Assembly (NCBI GenBank): GCA_965223345.1
Contig: CBDCWG010000012.1
Span: 3,136,001-3,200,000, forward strand
DNA length: 64,000 nucleotides
From: Nitrospinales bacterium
GTDB lineage: Bacteria; Nitrospinota; Nitrospinia; Nitrospinales; VA-1
Reading direction: 5' to 3'
Shown here: piece by piece, positions 10,075 through 21,893 of the stretch
Layout of the letters: every line of letters begins with the position of its first letter
Position numbering within the stretch: position 1 is the stretch's first letter
Program-made: the position numbers and the translations under genes
The notes under the pieces: model-generated
What the model saw: the letters and a program-made list of their open reading frames with translations, nothing else
Told to the model about the DNA's origin: nothing
The model's database searches: none

Positions 10075-11229
10075 TCAGGAACCCGCCGGCTCGCAGGCGC
10101 CGTGGCGTTCCAGGATCATGCGATCGATTTCCGCTTTCAAACGATCGAGTATTTTATCGTAGCCATAGGAACCCAGCGTTTCGGTTCCCTTTTTCAGGTT
10201 GACCCGCGACGGGCCGCACCACAAACCCAGGTCGGCGTCGTCGGTCTCGCCCGGCCCGTTGACGCGGCAGCCCATGACGGCGATGGTCAGTTTGTATTTT
10301 TCGGCATATTCGGTCATGCGGCGCACATCCTGCGCCAGGTCCACGAACTTTTCGTTCTCCACGCGCGAGCAGCTCGGGCAGGCGATGATGTTGAGCCCGT
10401 CGAGGAAATTCTCCGGCACCGAGCGGAACCGGCCCTCGCTGATGTCCTGCAGGATCTCGCGGCCCACCGTGATCTCCTGCCCCTTGTCCTCATTGGGCAG
10501 CGTGAGCGACACGCGGATGGTGTCGCCGATGCCGGCGGCGATGAGCTGCTCGAAGGCGATGCGGGTCTTGATGATCCCCTCCGGCGGCATGCCCGCCTCG
10601 GTCACGCCCAGGTGCAGGGGCACATCGGGCCTCTCCGCCGCGAAGCGCTTGTTGGCCTCGATGACCTTGTCCGCGTCGGAGTCTTTCAGCGACACGCAGT
10701 AATTTTCAAATCCCAGATCGTCCAGCAGGCGGCAGTGGTCGGCGGCCGAGCGCACCATCGCCTCGATGGAATCGTCGGGGTATCTCGCCTTGTAGTCGGG
10801 ATCGACCGAACCGCAGTTGACGCCGATGCGGATGGCGCAGTCGTTGGCCCGCGCCGCATCGACGATGAACTTCACCTTCTCCGGAATCGACTTCTCCTTT
10901 TCCAGGTGGTACAGGTGCCCCGGATTGTAGCGGATCTTGTCCACCAGCGGCGCGACCGTGGGCGCAAGCCGGTAGTTTTCCTGCAGATCCACCGACAGGA
11001 CGCTGTCCGGGAAGCGCTCGCGCAGGGTCTTGAGCGCCTGCACGTCTTCCTCGCTGTCCACCGCGATGCGGATCACGTCCGCTTCGCTTTGCTGCAATAT
11101 CTCGATCTGCCGGCCTGTGGCTTCCAGGTCCTGGGTGCGGGTGGCGGCCATGCTCTGCACGGCGATGGGCGCGTCGCCGCCGATGGTGAGAGAACCGATC
11201 CGGATCTTGCGGGTCTGTCGTGGTTTCAT
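10075..11229 (-). CDS. ispG: (E)-4-hydroxy-3-methylbut-2-enyl-diphosphate synthase
   Basis: [51 protein letters not shown]. Confidence 0.97.
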   Translation of the reverse strand: MKPRQTRKIRIGSLTIGGDAPIAVQSMAATRTQDLEATGRQIEILQQSEADVIRIAVDSEEDVQALKTLRERFPDSVLSVDLQENYRLAPTVAPLVDKIRYNPGHLYHLEKEKSIPEKVKFIVDAARANDCAIRIGVNCGSVDPDYKARYPDDSIEAMVRSAADHCRLLDDLGFENYCVSLKDSDADKVIEANKRFAAERPDVPLHLGVTEAGMPPEGIIKTRIAFEQLIAAGIGDTIRVSLTLPNEDKGQEITVGREILQDISEGRFRSVPENFLDGLNIIACPSCSRVENEKFVDLAQDVRRMTEYAEKYKLTIAVMGCRVNGPGETDDADLGLWCGPSRVNLKKGTETLGSYGYDKILDRLKAEIDRMILERHGACEPAGS

Positions 11230-11289
11230 ATTTTTTGGTCTGTTATGGGGAATTCAAAGGGTTTTCATAAGGGTCCGTCCGCCCTGCAC

Positions 11290-11315
11290 TGTCATGCTGA
11301 GCCTGTCGAAGCATG
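11290..11315. repeat. REP-like element (single copy)
   Basis: tgtcatgctgagcctgtcgaagcatg, identical to 36304-36329. Confidence 0.8.
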
Positions 11316-11386
11316 CAGGACAGATCCAATACGGCCCTTTGAAGGATCGTCTTTGGAACCGTTGATGTTAGCAGAATTGCAGGGGC

Positions 11387-12403
11387 TTAACAAGGCAGGC
11401 CCGGTGCGGCGCGCTCCAGCGGAAACGGGCGGTCGGGGTTCCGAAAATCCGGCAGGTTGTGCACGTCCTCTTCGGGATTCTGCACGTACAGGGTCTCGAT
11501 CCCCAGCTCTTCGGCCATCCTGAGCGCCGCCCGATACTCTTCGGCGTGGATGCGGCGGGCAATACGGGCGTCCTCTTTAGCCCGGTGCACCGGGCGGTAC
11601 TGGCTCATTAGGCTCACCGGCACGCGGGTTGAAAGCTCGAGCGCGATAAAACAAAGGGTTTCCCAGGTCCCGGCCAGTCCATCGGGCAGGACGAGGTGCC
11701 GCACCAGCAAGCCCTTTTGGGCCATGCCGTCCGCATCCAGGGTGAGCGGCCCCACCTGGCGATGCATTTCCTGCACCGCAGCGCGCGAGCGATCGACGTA
11801 TTCTTTGATGTGGGAATAGCGCCGGGCCACCGCATCGTCGGCATACTTGAGATCGGGCAGGTAGAGATCGACGACGCCGTCCAGCAGCTTCAGGGTGGGC
11901 AGCGCGTCGTAGGCGTTGGTGTTGTAGATGATGGGCAGCGTCAGCCCCTGTTTGCGGGCCAGCGCCAGCCCTTTCAGCAGCCCCGGCACCACGTGTGAGG
12001 GCGACACCCAGCCGATGGTGCGCACGCCCTGCCCTTGCAGTTTGAGCATCTGCGCGGCCACCTGCGCCTGCGACTGTGCGATACCGAGCCGCTCCTGGGA
12101 AATCTGGTGGTTCTGGCAGTAGTCGCATCGAAGGTTGCAGGAGGTGACGAACAGGTTGCCGACGCCGTGCGTTCCGGTGAACACCGGTTCCTCGCCAAAA
12201 TGCCGCACCGCAGCACCCACGTAGAGCCGGTCGCTCTCGCCGCACACTCCCCTGCCCTCGCCCGTGCGGTCCACACCGCAGGCATGCGGGCACACCGAGC
12301 AGCTTCGGTACAGCGTGTAGGCGGCCTCGGCGCGCGCTTCCAGTTCGTCCTGCGTCAGGTTCAGATAGGCAGGTGTCATAGTAAATTCAAGGTGTTCATT
12401 CAC
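11387..12403 (-). CDS. Radical SAM protein, PflX-like family
   Basis: CSVCPHACGVDR, HFGEEP, CNLRCDYCQN (CxxxCxxC), YLPDLKY, VRHLVLP; start uncertain. Confidence 0.9.
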   Translation of the reverse strand: MNEHLEFTMTPAYLNLTQDELEARAEAAYTLYRSCSVCPHACGVDRTGEGRGVCGESDRLYVGAAVRHFGEEPVFTGTHGVGNLFVTSCNLRCDYCQNHQISQERLGIAQSQAQVAAQMLKLQGQGVRTIGWVSPSHVVPGLLKGLALARKQGLTLPIIYNTNAYDALPTLKLLDGVVDLYLPDLKYADDAVARRYSHIKEYVDRSRAAVQEMHRQVGPLTLDADGMAQKGLLVRHLVLPDGLAGTWETLCFIALELSTRVPVSLMSQYRPVHRAKEDARIARRIHAEEYRAALRMAEELGIETLYVQNPEEDVHNLPDFRNPDRPFPLERAAPGLPC

Positions 12404-12453
12404 AAGCTGAGTAGAATATTTTGAAGGGTGTATTTTATTCCATTTTCGTTTTT

Positions 12454-12594
12454 CTTTGCGCTCTTTGCGTCTTTGCGTCTTTGCGTTTTAAAATCGCTTT
12501 TCAAAAAACTTCCTGGATAAATTGAATGAATCAGAATTGCATATAAATTCAACAAGATCTTAAAAATAAACGCAAAGACGCAAAGAGCGCAAAG
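12454..12594. repeat. Inverted pair of CGCAAAG tandem modules around an AT-rich spacer
   Basis: Left arm ctttgcgctctttgcgtctttgcgtctttgcgttt (12454-12488); right arm aaacgcaaagacgcaaagagcgcaaag (12568-12594). Confidence 0.85.
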
Positions 12595-12630
12595 CCCCCA
12601 TCACCCAAGCCACCTTCAGTATGTAATAAG

Positions 12631-12758
12631 CGGGTACCGAGGCTCGACGCAATCCTCTCCCTCAAAAAGGGGGAAGAGGATGAACGGTATGGGAATGCCA
12701 TACATTTGATGATCGGGAGAGTCATCAAATGAATCCACTCCTACAAGGAACCGGCGCA
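12631..12758 (+). ncRNA. Candidate structured RNA / leader upstream of yejA-like gene
   Basis: Three consecutive hairpins plus a possible closing stem; no known Rfam family recognised. Confidence 0.35.
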
Positions 12759-12874
12759 TCTTTTTGAGTTTTCATCCTGTTATCCAGTCTGAGTCCTTCT
12801 TCCACGCGCTTTGCGCGGCTCTGCCGGGAATGTTAAGATGGGGCAACCGTTCTGCAATTCATGAGGAAAATTCG

Positions 12875-14752
12875 ATGTTCGCTTCCCGTTCGAGGTTGTT
12901 GTCTGCAATCGTCACCGTCACCCTGTTTTTGGCCGCTCCCGTCTTCGCCGCGGGGCAGCACGGGTTGTCCCTGTATGGCCCACAGGACTTGAAGTACAAG
13001 GCGGGCGAGCCCTACGCCTACGCCGACCCCAAGGCCCCGAAAGGCGGGCATCTGGTGCTCGCAAGTTTCGGTGCGTTCACCAAACTGAATCCGATTTCGC
13101 TCAAGGGCGTGACGGCGCCGGGCGTCGCGGCGTTGATCTTCCAGTCGGCGATGGACAGCTCGGCCGACGACGACGAACCCTTCTCGCAATACGGCAATCT
13201 GATCGAGAGCGCGGAACTGGCAAAGGACCGCATGTCGCTGATCTACCACATCCGCAAAAACGCCCGGTTCTCGGACGGCAAGCCCGTGACGGCGGACGAT
13301 TTCGTGTTTTCGTTCGAGATCATCGAGGATCCGGAGTATCACCCGTTCTTCAAGGAATACTTCAAGGACATCCAGTCGGTGGAAAAAATCGACAGCCACA
13401 CGGTGAAGTACACCTTCTCGATCTTCAACCAGGAACTGCCGCTGATCACCGGACAAATGTTCATCCTCCCCAAGCACGTCTACGGGGAGAAAGGCAAGAA
13501 ATTCGGTTCCGATTTCGACGCGTTCGCCGTGGGCAGCGGCCCCTATGTGGTGGAAAAATACGATTTCGGCAAATACATCACCTTCAAGCGCAATCCGGAC
13601 TGGTGGGGCAAGGACGTGCCCGTGAACCGCGGCCGCTACAATTTCGAGCGCGTGACCTGGAAAGTTTACCTGGATCCGGTCGCCATGCGCGAGGCGTTCA
13701 AGGGCGGCGAGTACGACGCGCACCATGTTTCCAGCTCGCGCAACTGGGCGCTCGACTTCAAGGGGGATTTCGTCAAAAAAGGGTACTACCTCAGGCGGGA
13801 GCTGCCGCACAAACGGGTGGCGGGCATGCAGGGCTTCGCGATGAACACGCGCAACGCGCTGTTTCAATCGCGCAAGGTACGCGCCGCCGTCGCCATGGCC
13901 TTCGATTTCAAGTGGAGCAACGAAAATCTTTTTTACGGCCAGTACACGCGCAACGAATGCTATTTCGACAACAACCCGGAAATGAAGGCCACCGGAACCC
14001 CCAAAGGTGAAGTCAAAAAACTGTTGCTCGAACTCAGGGAAAAACACAAATCCTTCGTTCCCAAAACGGCGCTCACCAAACCGGTGGGCGCACCCGGAGA
14101 AGGCCAGTCCCTCGACGCCAACCTGCGGCTGGCCAACAAGCTGCTGGATTCGGCGGGCTGGAAACTGGGCGCGGACGGGATCCGCGAAAAGGACGGCAAG
14201 AAATTCCAGTTCGAGATGCTTCTGGACGAACCGCAATGGCACCGCATCACCGAGCCCTACAAAAACAATCTCAAAAAAATCGGCGTGGACATGCAGATCA
14301 AGCTGGTGCAGGCGGCGCAGTACGAGGAGAAGCTCAGGGAATTCAAATTCGACATGATCGTCACCACCTTTGGGCAGAGCCGCTCTCCCGGTAACGAGCT
14401 GCGAAATATGTGGGGCAGCGAGTCGGCCAAAACGCCCGGCTCGCGCAATTATATCGGCATCGAAAATCCTGCGGTTGACGAGTTGATCGACATCATCGTC
14501 AGGGCGTCCACACGCGAGCAACTGATCAACGGAATCCAGGCGCTGGACCGCATCCTCACGCACCAGTATTACATGGTGCCGCACTGGTACATCGCTTACG
14601 AACGCGTGGTGTACTGGAACAAATTCTCCAGCCCCAAGTTGTACCCCTCGCAATCGGCGTTCCTCGCCAACATTCTGGAATGGTGGTGGTGGGACGCGGA
14701 CAAAGCGGGCAAACTGGAAAAAGCCAAAGCCGCGGGCAAGCCGCTCAACTGA
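12875..14752 (+). CDS. Peptide ABC transporter substrate-binding protein (YejA-like)
   Basis: Signal peptide; 'HGLSLYG..LKY', 'P.APKGG', FSDGKPVTADD, GSGPY, RGRYNF; GAGG RBS before ATG 12875. Confidence 0.92.
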   Translation: MFASRSRLLSAIVTVTLFLAAPVFAAGQHGLSLYGPQDLKYKAGEPYAYADPKAPKGGHLVLASFGAFTKLNPISLKGVTAPGVAALIFQSAMDSSADDDEPFSQYGNLIESAELAKDRMSLIYHIRKNARFSDGKPVTADDFVFSFEIIEDPEYHPFFKEYFKDIQSVEKIDSHTVKYTFSIFNQELPLITGQMFILPKHVYGEKGKKFGSDFDAFAVGSGPYVVEKYDFGKYITFKRNPDWWGKDVPVNRGRYNFERVTWKVYLDPVAMREAFKGGEYDAHHVSSSRNWALDFKGDFVKKGYYLRRELPHKRVAGMQGFAMNTRNALFQSRKVRAAVAMAFDFKWSNENLFYGQYTRNECYFDNNPEMKATGTPKGEVKKLLLELREKHKSFVPKTALTKPVGAPGEGQSLDANLRLANKLLDSAGWKLGADGIREKDGKKFQFEMLLDEPQWHRITEPYKNNLKKIGVDMQIKLVQAAQYEEKLREFKFDMIVTTFGQSRSPGNELRNMWGSESAKTPGSRNYIGIENPAVDELIDIIVRASTREQLINGIQALDRILTHQYYMVPHWYIAYERVVYWNKFSSPKLYPSQSAFLANILEWWWWDADKAGKLEKAKAAGKPLN

Positions 14753-14764
14753 TTCTGCCGGGCG

Positions 14765-16084
14765 TCAGGAACCGGAGAGGCGCGCGCGCCTCTTGTCCCA
14801 CGCGACGAACGCCCCGGTGATCAGCACGGCGAACGCCAGAAGCCCCACCGCCGTCCCCAACCGATTGAGTAAATGCGGCGCGGCGACGAGCAGCACGCCG
14901 AGGCTGAGCATCATCCATCCCGAGAGCAGTTTCAGAATCCGGCCTTCCTTTTCGGTCAGCTTGCGCGAGCCCAGGGTGAACGTGAAGATCAGCACGATCG
15001 CCGCCAGCGGCAGGACGTAGACGACGTTGTACAACAGCAGGTACAGGTAATAGGTCGTCTGCGGCAGGGCGTTCAGGGTGAGGACGCGGGTGTACACCAT
15101 GGGAAAGCCGGCGGTGCACAACAGCTCGTAGGCGTTGACGGCGAGCGCCAGCAGCACGGTGCCTGCGATCAGGGAAGGCAGGCTCGTCACTTTGATCAGG
15201 CCGGTCACGCGCTGGTACAGGCCCGGCTTCGCCCCCTCCGGAATCGACAGGGACACGCCGCGCTTGAAATAGAAAAAGTCCTTGATATTGATGAGCGCGA
15301 TCGCGATGGCGAAGATGCCGGCGATGAGCGTCACCCAGCGGATCTCTCCCAGAAGCAGAAACAGGTTGAGCCAGGCGGCCATGAACACGAAGTAGATCGC
15401 GCCGGAGAAAAACAGGAAGATCCCGCCGACCAGCAGCATGCGCGCCCGGCTGCGCGCGTGCACCAGCAGACTCAACAGGAAAAGCAGCACGAAAAACGCA
15501 CAGGGATTGAACGCATCGACCCCGGCGAGGAGCAGGGTGAACACCGGCAGGGAAAAATCCTCCGGATCGATCTCGCCCAGCACCGGCAATGAAACCCGCT
15601 GGCGGTCGCCCTCTCCCGCCTGTTCCTGCACCGGGATGTCGCCGAGCACGCTCCGCCGGCAGGCCTGGATTTCCTCCAGCAGCATGCGGCCCGTGGTGGC
15701 ATCGGTGTGAAAGCCGTAGTGGATTTTGCCGCACAGCATGAATCCCGGAATCGCCAGGGAGGTTTCGCCGATGTGCTCGACCATGCGCACGTACAGCTCG
15801 CCGCTCTCGCGGCTGGCGGTGACGTTGTGGGAATGCAGCCGCAGCCAGGGATAACGCTCGGGAAGGGAGCGCACGAACGGCTTGGCGCGCCGGCAGTGCG
15901 GGCAGGTTTCCGACCAGAAGAAATAAAAATCGACCGTGACCGCTCCCGCTGCGTCCACAGAGTGCCACACGGGAGGCGGGGGATCGTCTGCGGCGTACGC
16001 GATTCCCGCGGCGCCCGGCAGGCTCCAAAGACACAGCGCAAGCAGCAGGCAACGCAGCCAACCTTTTGCAAAGAAATAATTCAT
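14765..16084 (-). CDS. Thioredoxin/glutaredoxin-fold (CPHC) protein fused to a CcdA/DsbD-like TM domain
   Basis: Signal peptide, FFWSETCPHC, DAFNPCAF, ELLCTAGFP, many TM helices; start uncertain. Confidence 0.85.
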   Translation of the reverse strand: MNYFFAKGWLRCLLLALCLWSLPGAAGIAYAADDPPPPVWHSVDAAGAVTVDFYFFWSETCPHCRRAKPFVRSLPERYPWLRLHSHNVTASRESGELYVRMVEHIGETSLAIPGFMLCGKIHYGFHTDATTGRMLLEEIQACRRSVLGDIPVQEQAGEGDRQRVSLPVLGEIDPEDFSLPVFTLLLAGVDAFNPCAFFVLLFLLSLLVHARSRARMLLVGGIFLFFSGAIYFVFMAAWLNLFLLLGEIRWVTLIAGIFAIAIALINIKDFFYFKRGVSLSIPEGAKPGLYQRVTGLIKVTSLPSLIAGTVLLALAVNAYELLCTAGFPMVYTRVLTLNALPQTTYYLYLLLYNVVYVLPLAAIVLIFTFTLGSRKLTEKEGRILKLLSGWMMLSLGVLLVAAPHLLNRLGTAVGLLAFAVLITGAFVAWDKRRARLSGS

Positions 16085-16205
16085 TCCGATGCCCGAGCGT
16101 GCGTGATAGAGTGATAGCATTTTGAAACGGGAGAACACTCTTGTATTTTAACCCATTTAGGAAACAGCCAGCGTTCCGGTTTTCACTTGCCGCCGTGGGG
16201 GCCGC

Positions 16206-17345
16206 ATGATCAGCTACATCATCCGCAGACTGCTTCTGATGTTCCCGACCTTGATCGGCATCGTGACGATCACCTTCGTCGTGGTGCAGTTCGTTCCCGG
16301 CGGACCGCTGGACCAGATCAAGTCCCTGCTGCGCGGCCATGGGGGCGTGATGGAAGAAGCGGGCGGCACGGCCATCGGCCGTCCCGGTGAAAAACCGGGC
16401 GAGCTGGATCCCCGGCACATGGAGGCGCTGAAGAAGGTCTACCACCTCGACCGGCCGTTCTGGGAGCGCTACCTGCGCACCTTTCTCTGGTACTCGCCGA
16501 AAAACCCCGACGCCCCTTTTTCCCAGCGGTTCTTCAACCGCGACAACTGGGAAGGCTTTCTCATCTTCAAATTCGGCGATTCGTTTTACCGCAACAAATC
16601 GGTGCTGGAGCTGATCAAGGAAAAGCTGCCGGTTTCGGTGTCGCTCGGCGTCACCAGCTTTTTCATGAGCTACCTCATCTGCATCGTGCTCGGCATCGCC
16701 AAGGCGGTGCGCAACGAATCCCGCTTCGACACGGTCACCAGCGTGATCGTGCTGATCGGCTACAGCATCCCCGGTTTCGTGCTGGCGGTGTTCCTCATCG
16801 TCCTGTTCGGGCCGGGCGACGGCGCCATCGTCCACCTGATCCCGCTGGCCGGGCTCACTTCGGCGGGAACGCCGGGCTACGACGAATGGACGCTGTGGGA
16901 GAAGGTGAAGGACTACCTGCATCACCTGGCCGCGCCGCTGCTCTGTTACGTGATCGGCGGCTTCGCCACGCTGACCATGCTGACCAAAAACGCCATGCTG
17001 GAGGAGATGAAAAAACAGTATGTGCTCACCGCACGGGCCAAGGGCCTGCCGGAGAAGACGGTGCTGTTCAAGCACGTGTTGAAAAACTCGCTCATCCCTC
17101 TGGTGACCGGGTTTCCCACCGGCTTTCTCGCCATGTTCTTTTCCGGGTCGCTGCTCATCGAGCAGATCTTCTCCCTCAACGGCATCGGTCTGCTTTCCTA
17201 TGAAGCGGTGATCCAGCGGGACTACCCGGTCGTGCTGGGCACGCTGTTCATTTTCTCGCTGATGGCTCTGGTGGGGCAGTTGTTGACGGATCTCTCCTAC
17301 GTGCTGATCGACCGGCGGATTTCCTTCGAAGAGTCGCGAGGCTGA
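16206..17345 (+). CDS. Peptide ABC transporter permease (YejB-like)
   Basis: YIIRRLLLM.PTL.GI, VPGGP, YVLTARAKGL, QRDYPVV. Confidence 0.93.
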   Translation: MISYIIRRLLLMFPTLIGIVTITFVVVQFVPGGPLDQIKSLLRGHGGVMEEAGGTAIGRPGEKPGELDPRHMEALKKVYHLDRPFWERYLRTFLWYSPKNPDAPFSQRFFNRDNWEGFLIFKFGDSFYRNKSVLELIKEKLPVSVSLGVTSFFMSYLICIVLGIAKAVRNESRFDTVTSVIVLIGYSIPGFVLAVFLIVLFGPGDGAIVHLIPLAGLTSAGTPGYDEWTLWEKVKDYLHHLAAPLLCYVIGGFATLTMLTKNAMLEEMKKQYVLTARAKGLPEKTVLFKHVLKNSLIPLVTGFPTGFLAMFFSGSLLIEQIFSLNGIGLLSYEAVIQRDYPVVLGTLFIFSLMALVGQLLTDLSYVLIDRRISFEESRG

Positions 17346-17350
17346 CCCGC

Positions 17351-18721
17351 ATGCAGCTGAACCGCGACTTCAAGCTGAAGCTGAAAAAATTCAGGCGCGA
17401 CAAACGCGCCTTTTACAGTTTCTGCTTTCTGTTCGCGCTGTTTCTCATCACCCTGCCGGCGGAGCTGTTGTGCAACGTGCGGCCGATCCTGCTGGTGCTG
17501 GAAGGCAAACCGTATTTCCCGATTTTTTTCACCTACAGCGAGAAGGATTTCGGCGGGGTATTCCCGAGCGAGCCGGATTACAAGTCCAAACATTTCCTGC
17601 GCCTGCTGCGCGGCGTGGACGAGGATGCGGAAACGAAAACCCCGGCGCCGGAAGCGGAGCCCGGCTTCTCGCTCGGGCTGGACGATTTCGAAGAGGAGGG
17701 AGACGCATCGCTTTCTCTCGGTCTGGAAGACTTTGAAGACGAAGAATCCGCGAGCGCCCCGTTGACCCTCGGGCTCGACGATTTTGAAGAGGAAGAGGAA
17801 GCGGACACCGGGCTCACCCTGGGACTGGAGGACTTCGAAGAGGAAGCCACGGAAACCGCTGAAAAACCGGCCGCTGCGGAGACCAAACCGGTGCGCACCG
17901 AGCCGCGCGAATTCTGGATGCTGTGGCCTCCGGTGCGCTACGACTACAAGTATATCCCCTCGGAATCAAAAACCGGCCGCGTGGTGCTGGCCGCGCCGTA
18001 CGAGACGCAGTCGGCGGACGGCAAACGCACGATCGCATCCTCGATGGTGGACGGGCACTACCTGGGGACCGACGACCGCGGCCGCGACGTGCTGGCGCGG
18101 CTGATCTACGGGTTTCGCATCTCGATGCTGTTCGGCATCTCGCTGGCGATCTCCGGCACGATCATCGGCTGCGCCATCGGCGGCACGCAGGGTTTTTTCG
18201 GCGGCTGGGTGGATCTGATCGGCCAGCGGCTGACGGAGATGTGGGGCTCGATCCCGCGGCTGTACATCCTCATCATCCTGAGCGCCTTTCTCGTGCCGTC
18301 GGCGCTGCTGCTGTTCGCGATCCTCAACCTGACGGCGTGGATGGGGATGGCGGCGTACATCCGCGCGGAGTTTCTCAAGATCCGCAATTTCGAGTTCGTG
18401 AAGGCCGCCCGCGCGATGGGCGTCTCCAATTTCGAGATCATGCGCAAGCACATCCTGCCCAACGCCCTGACGCCGGTGATCACGTTCTTTCCCTTCGAGG
18501 TCACCTCAGGCATCCTGGCGCTGGTCAGCCTCGACTACCTCAACCTCGGCGTGCCCAGTCCGGCGCCGAGCATCGGCGAGCTGCTGGCGCAGGGCAAGAC
18601 GAACCTGCAGGCGATCTGGATCCTGCTGCCCACCTTCCTGGCGCTCACCGGAACGCTCACATTGCTCACCTTCGTCGGCGACGGCATCCGCAACGCCTTC
18701 GACCCGAGAAAGGCAGGCTGA
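17351..18721 (+). CDS. Peptide ABC transporter permease (YejE-like) with an acidic repeat insertion
   Basis: LGTDDRGRDVLARLIYGFRIS, FVKAARAMG, HILPNA, DGIRNAFDPR. Confidence 0.93.
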   Translation: MQLNRDFKLKLKKFRRDKRAFYSFCFLFALFLITLPAELLCNVRPILLVLEGKPYFPIFFTYSEKDFGGVFPSEPDYKSKHFLRLLRGVDEDAETKTPAPEAEPGFSLGLDDFEEEGDASLSLGLEDFEDEESASAPLTLGLDDFEEEEEADTGLTLGLEDFEEEATETAEKPAAAETKPVRTEPREFWMLWPPVRYDYKYIPSESKTGRVVLAAPYETQSADGKRTIASSMVDGHYLGTDDRGRDVLARLIYGFRISMLFGISLAISGTIIGCAIGGTQGFFGGWVDLIGQRLTEMWGSIPRLYILIILSAFLVPSALLLFAILNLTAWMGMAAYIRAEFLKIRNFEFVKAARAMGVSNFEIMRKHILPNALTPVITFFPFEVTSGILALVSLDYLNLGVPSPAPSIGELLAQGKTNLQAIWILLPTFLALTGTLTLLTFVGDGIRNAFDPRKAG

Positions 18722-18749
18722 TGACACCCCCACGCTGCGAGGCGCGCCC

Positions 18750-20762
<2,013 letters not shown>

Positions 20763-20811
20763 TTGTGTGAGATGGAAAAACGGTTCGGGATGGAAAAACG
20801 AAGTTTTCTAC

Positions 20812-20907
20812 TTAGTTGCAATCACGCGATGAGGAATAAAGATAGGCCAGCACGGCGATCACCACCACGCCGACGACGCCAGACAGCAACAAACCCAACA
20901 AAGACAT
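20812..20907 (-). CDS. Small single-TM protein (31 aa)
   Basis: MSLLGLLLSGVVGVVVIAVLAYLYSSSRDCN*; GGAGGAG RBS just upstream; below ORF-track cutoff. Confidence 0.65.
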   Translation of the reverse strand: MSLLGLLLSGVVGVVVIAVLAYLYSSSRDCN

Positions 20908-21247
20908 AAACTCTCCTCCGGAAGGGCCCCCCAGCCCTGTGTCCCTCTTAGACTGACTCGACGTCTCCCTCTCTTCCACAGAGGGTGCGACCGCCCACGC
21001 TGTGCGCGGAAAAACAAGCGCACTGCGCGATTATTAACTCAATACACGCAAAAAAGCAATTGCTTATCCATGTATTACCGCCTGTTTCGCTTCCTTTCGG
21101 CAACCGCGCGGCGGTTTGTTTTTCAGCTGTATGCATGGTGAGACAGTCATGAAAAAAATTCCCAATTTTGCCAGCAAAATAACAAATTTTGTCGTTCACT
21201 TTCGACTTGAAAAAACCCATCTGTTGTAATTCTGCGGTTTATTTTTT

Positions 21248-21263
21248 CGGCATAGAGTTTGCT
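21248..21263 (+). promoter_or_regulatory. Putative sigma54 -24/-12 promoter
   Basis: CGGCATAGAGTTTGCT (GG-N10-GC). Confidence 0.55.
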
Positions 21264-21484
21264 CTTAATCCGGTAATTCTTTTTCATTTTGTGTCTCCAG
21301 GGTTTGCCCCGTCCCGAGTCCGCCTCGGGACGGGGCGGATCTGGAACCCTCGCAAATGAAACAGGAAGGCGCCTGTTAAGGCACGGAATATCATCCACAT
21401 TGAGACGAGTGACGGTGACGCTGGAACTTCAGCCCTTGCCTCGCGGCACGCTTTCCCTCTCTTGCATGAAAACCCGGGAATTCG

Positions 21485-21865
21485 ATGAAACGGTTCAAAA
21501 ACGCCTGGTTAATCCTGATCTTTCTGCTCGCCACGGGCTGCGCCGCAAACGGCGGCGGCATGGGGGCCGGGCTGTTCGGTGCGAATTCGGCGGAAAAGAC
21601 GTTGAATTACCCGGTGAAAGATGTGGTGAAGGCGGCGCATCGGGTGCTGGAGGACATGGACCTGCTCCTGATGGAGGACGACACCACGAGCGGCGGCAAG
21701 ACCATCAAGGCGGCGACCGTGGATCTGGATATCTACATCGAGCTTGAGGTTCTCACGACGAAAACCACGCGCATGATCGTGGATGTGAAGGACGCGCTCA
21801 CGAAAAAGCACAAGCCGCTGGGTGAGGACATCATCGAAATGACCGCGCTCAAGCTGGACGGCTGA
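21485..21865 (+). CDS. DUF3568-like lipoprotein
   Basis: Lipobox LATGC followed by a Gly-rich stretch; size and pattern typical of DUF3568. Confidence 0.65.
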   Translation: MKRFKNAWLILIFLLATGCAANGGGMGAGLFGANSAEKTLNYPVKDVVKAAHRVLEDMDLLLMEDDTTSGGKTIKAATVDLDIYIELEVLTTKTTRMIVDVKDALTKKHKPLGEDIIEMTALKLDG

Positions 21866-21893
21866 CCTCATCCCCGCAGCGCTCCCCTTTGTT

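Noticed and set aside
14745..17075. Long ORF-track entries antisense to or overlapping real genes (e.g. 776 aa here; also 4021-5694, 30316-32361, 55384-57183, 56879-58759)
   Set aside because: Shadow ORFs typical of GC-rich DNA; no motifs, and they overlap well-supported genes
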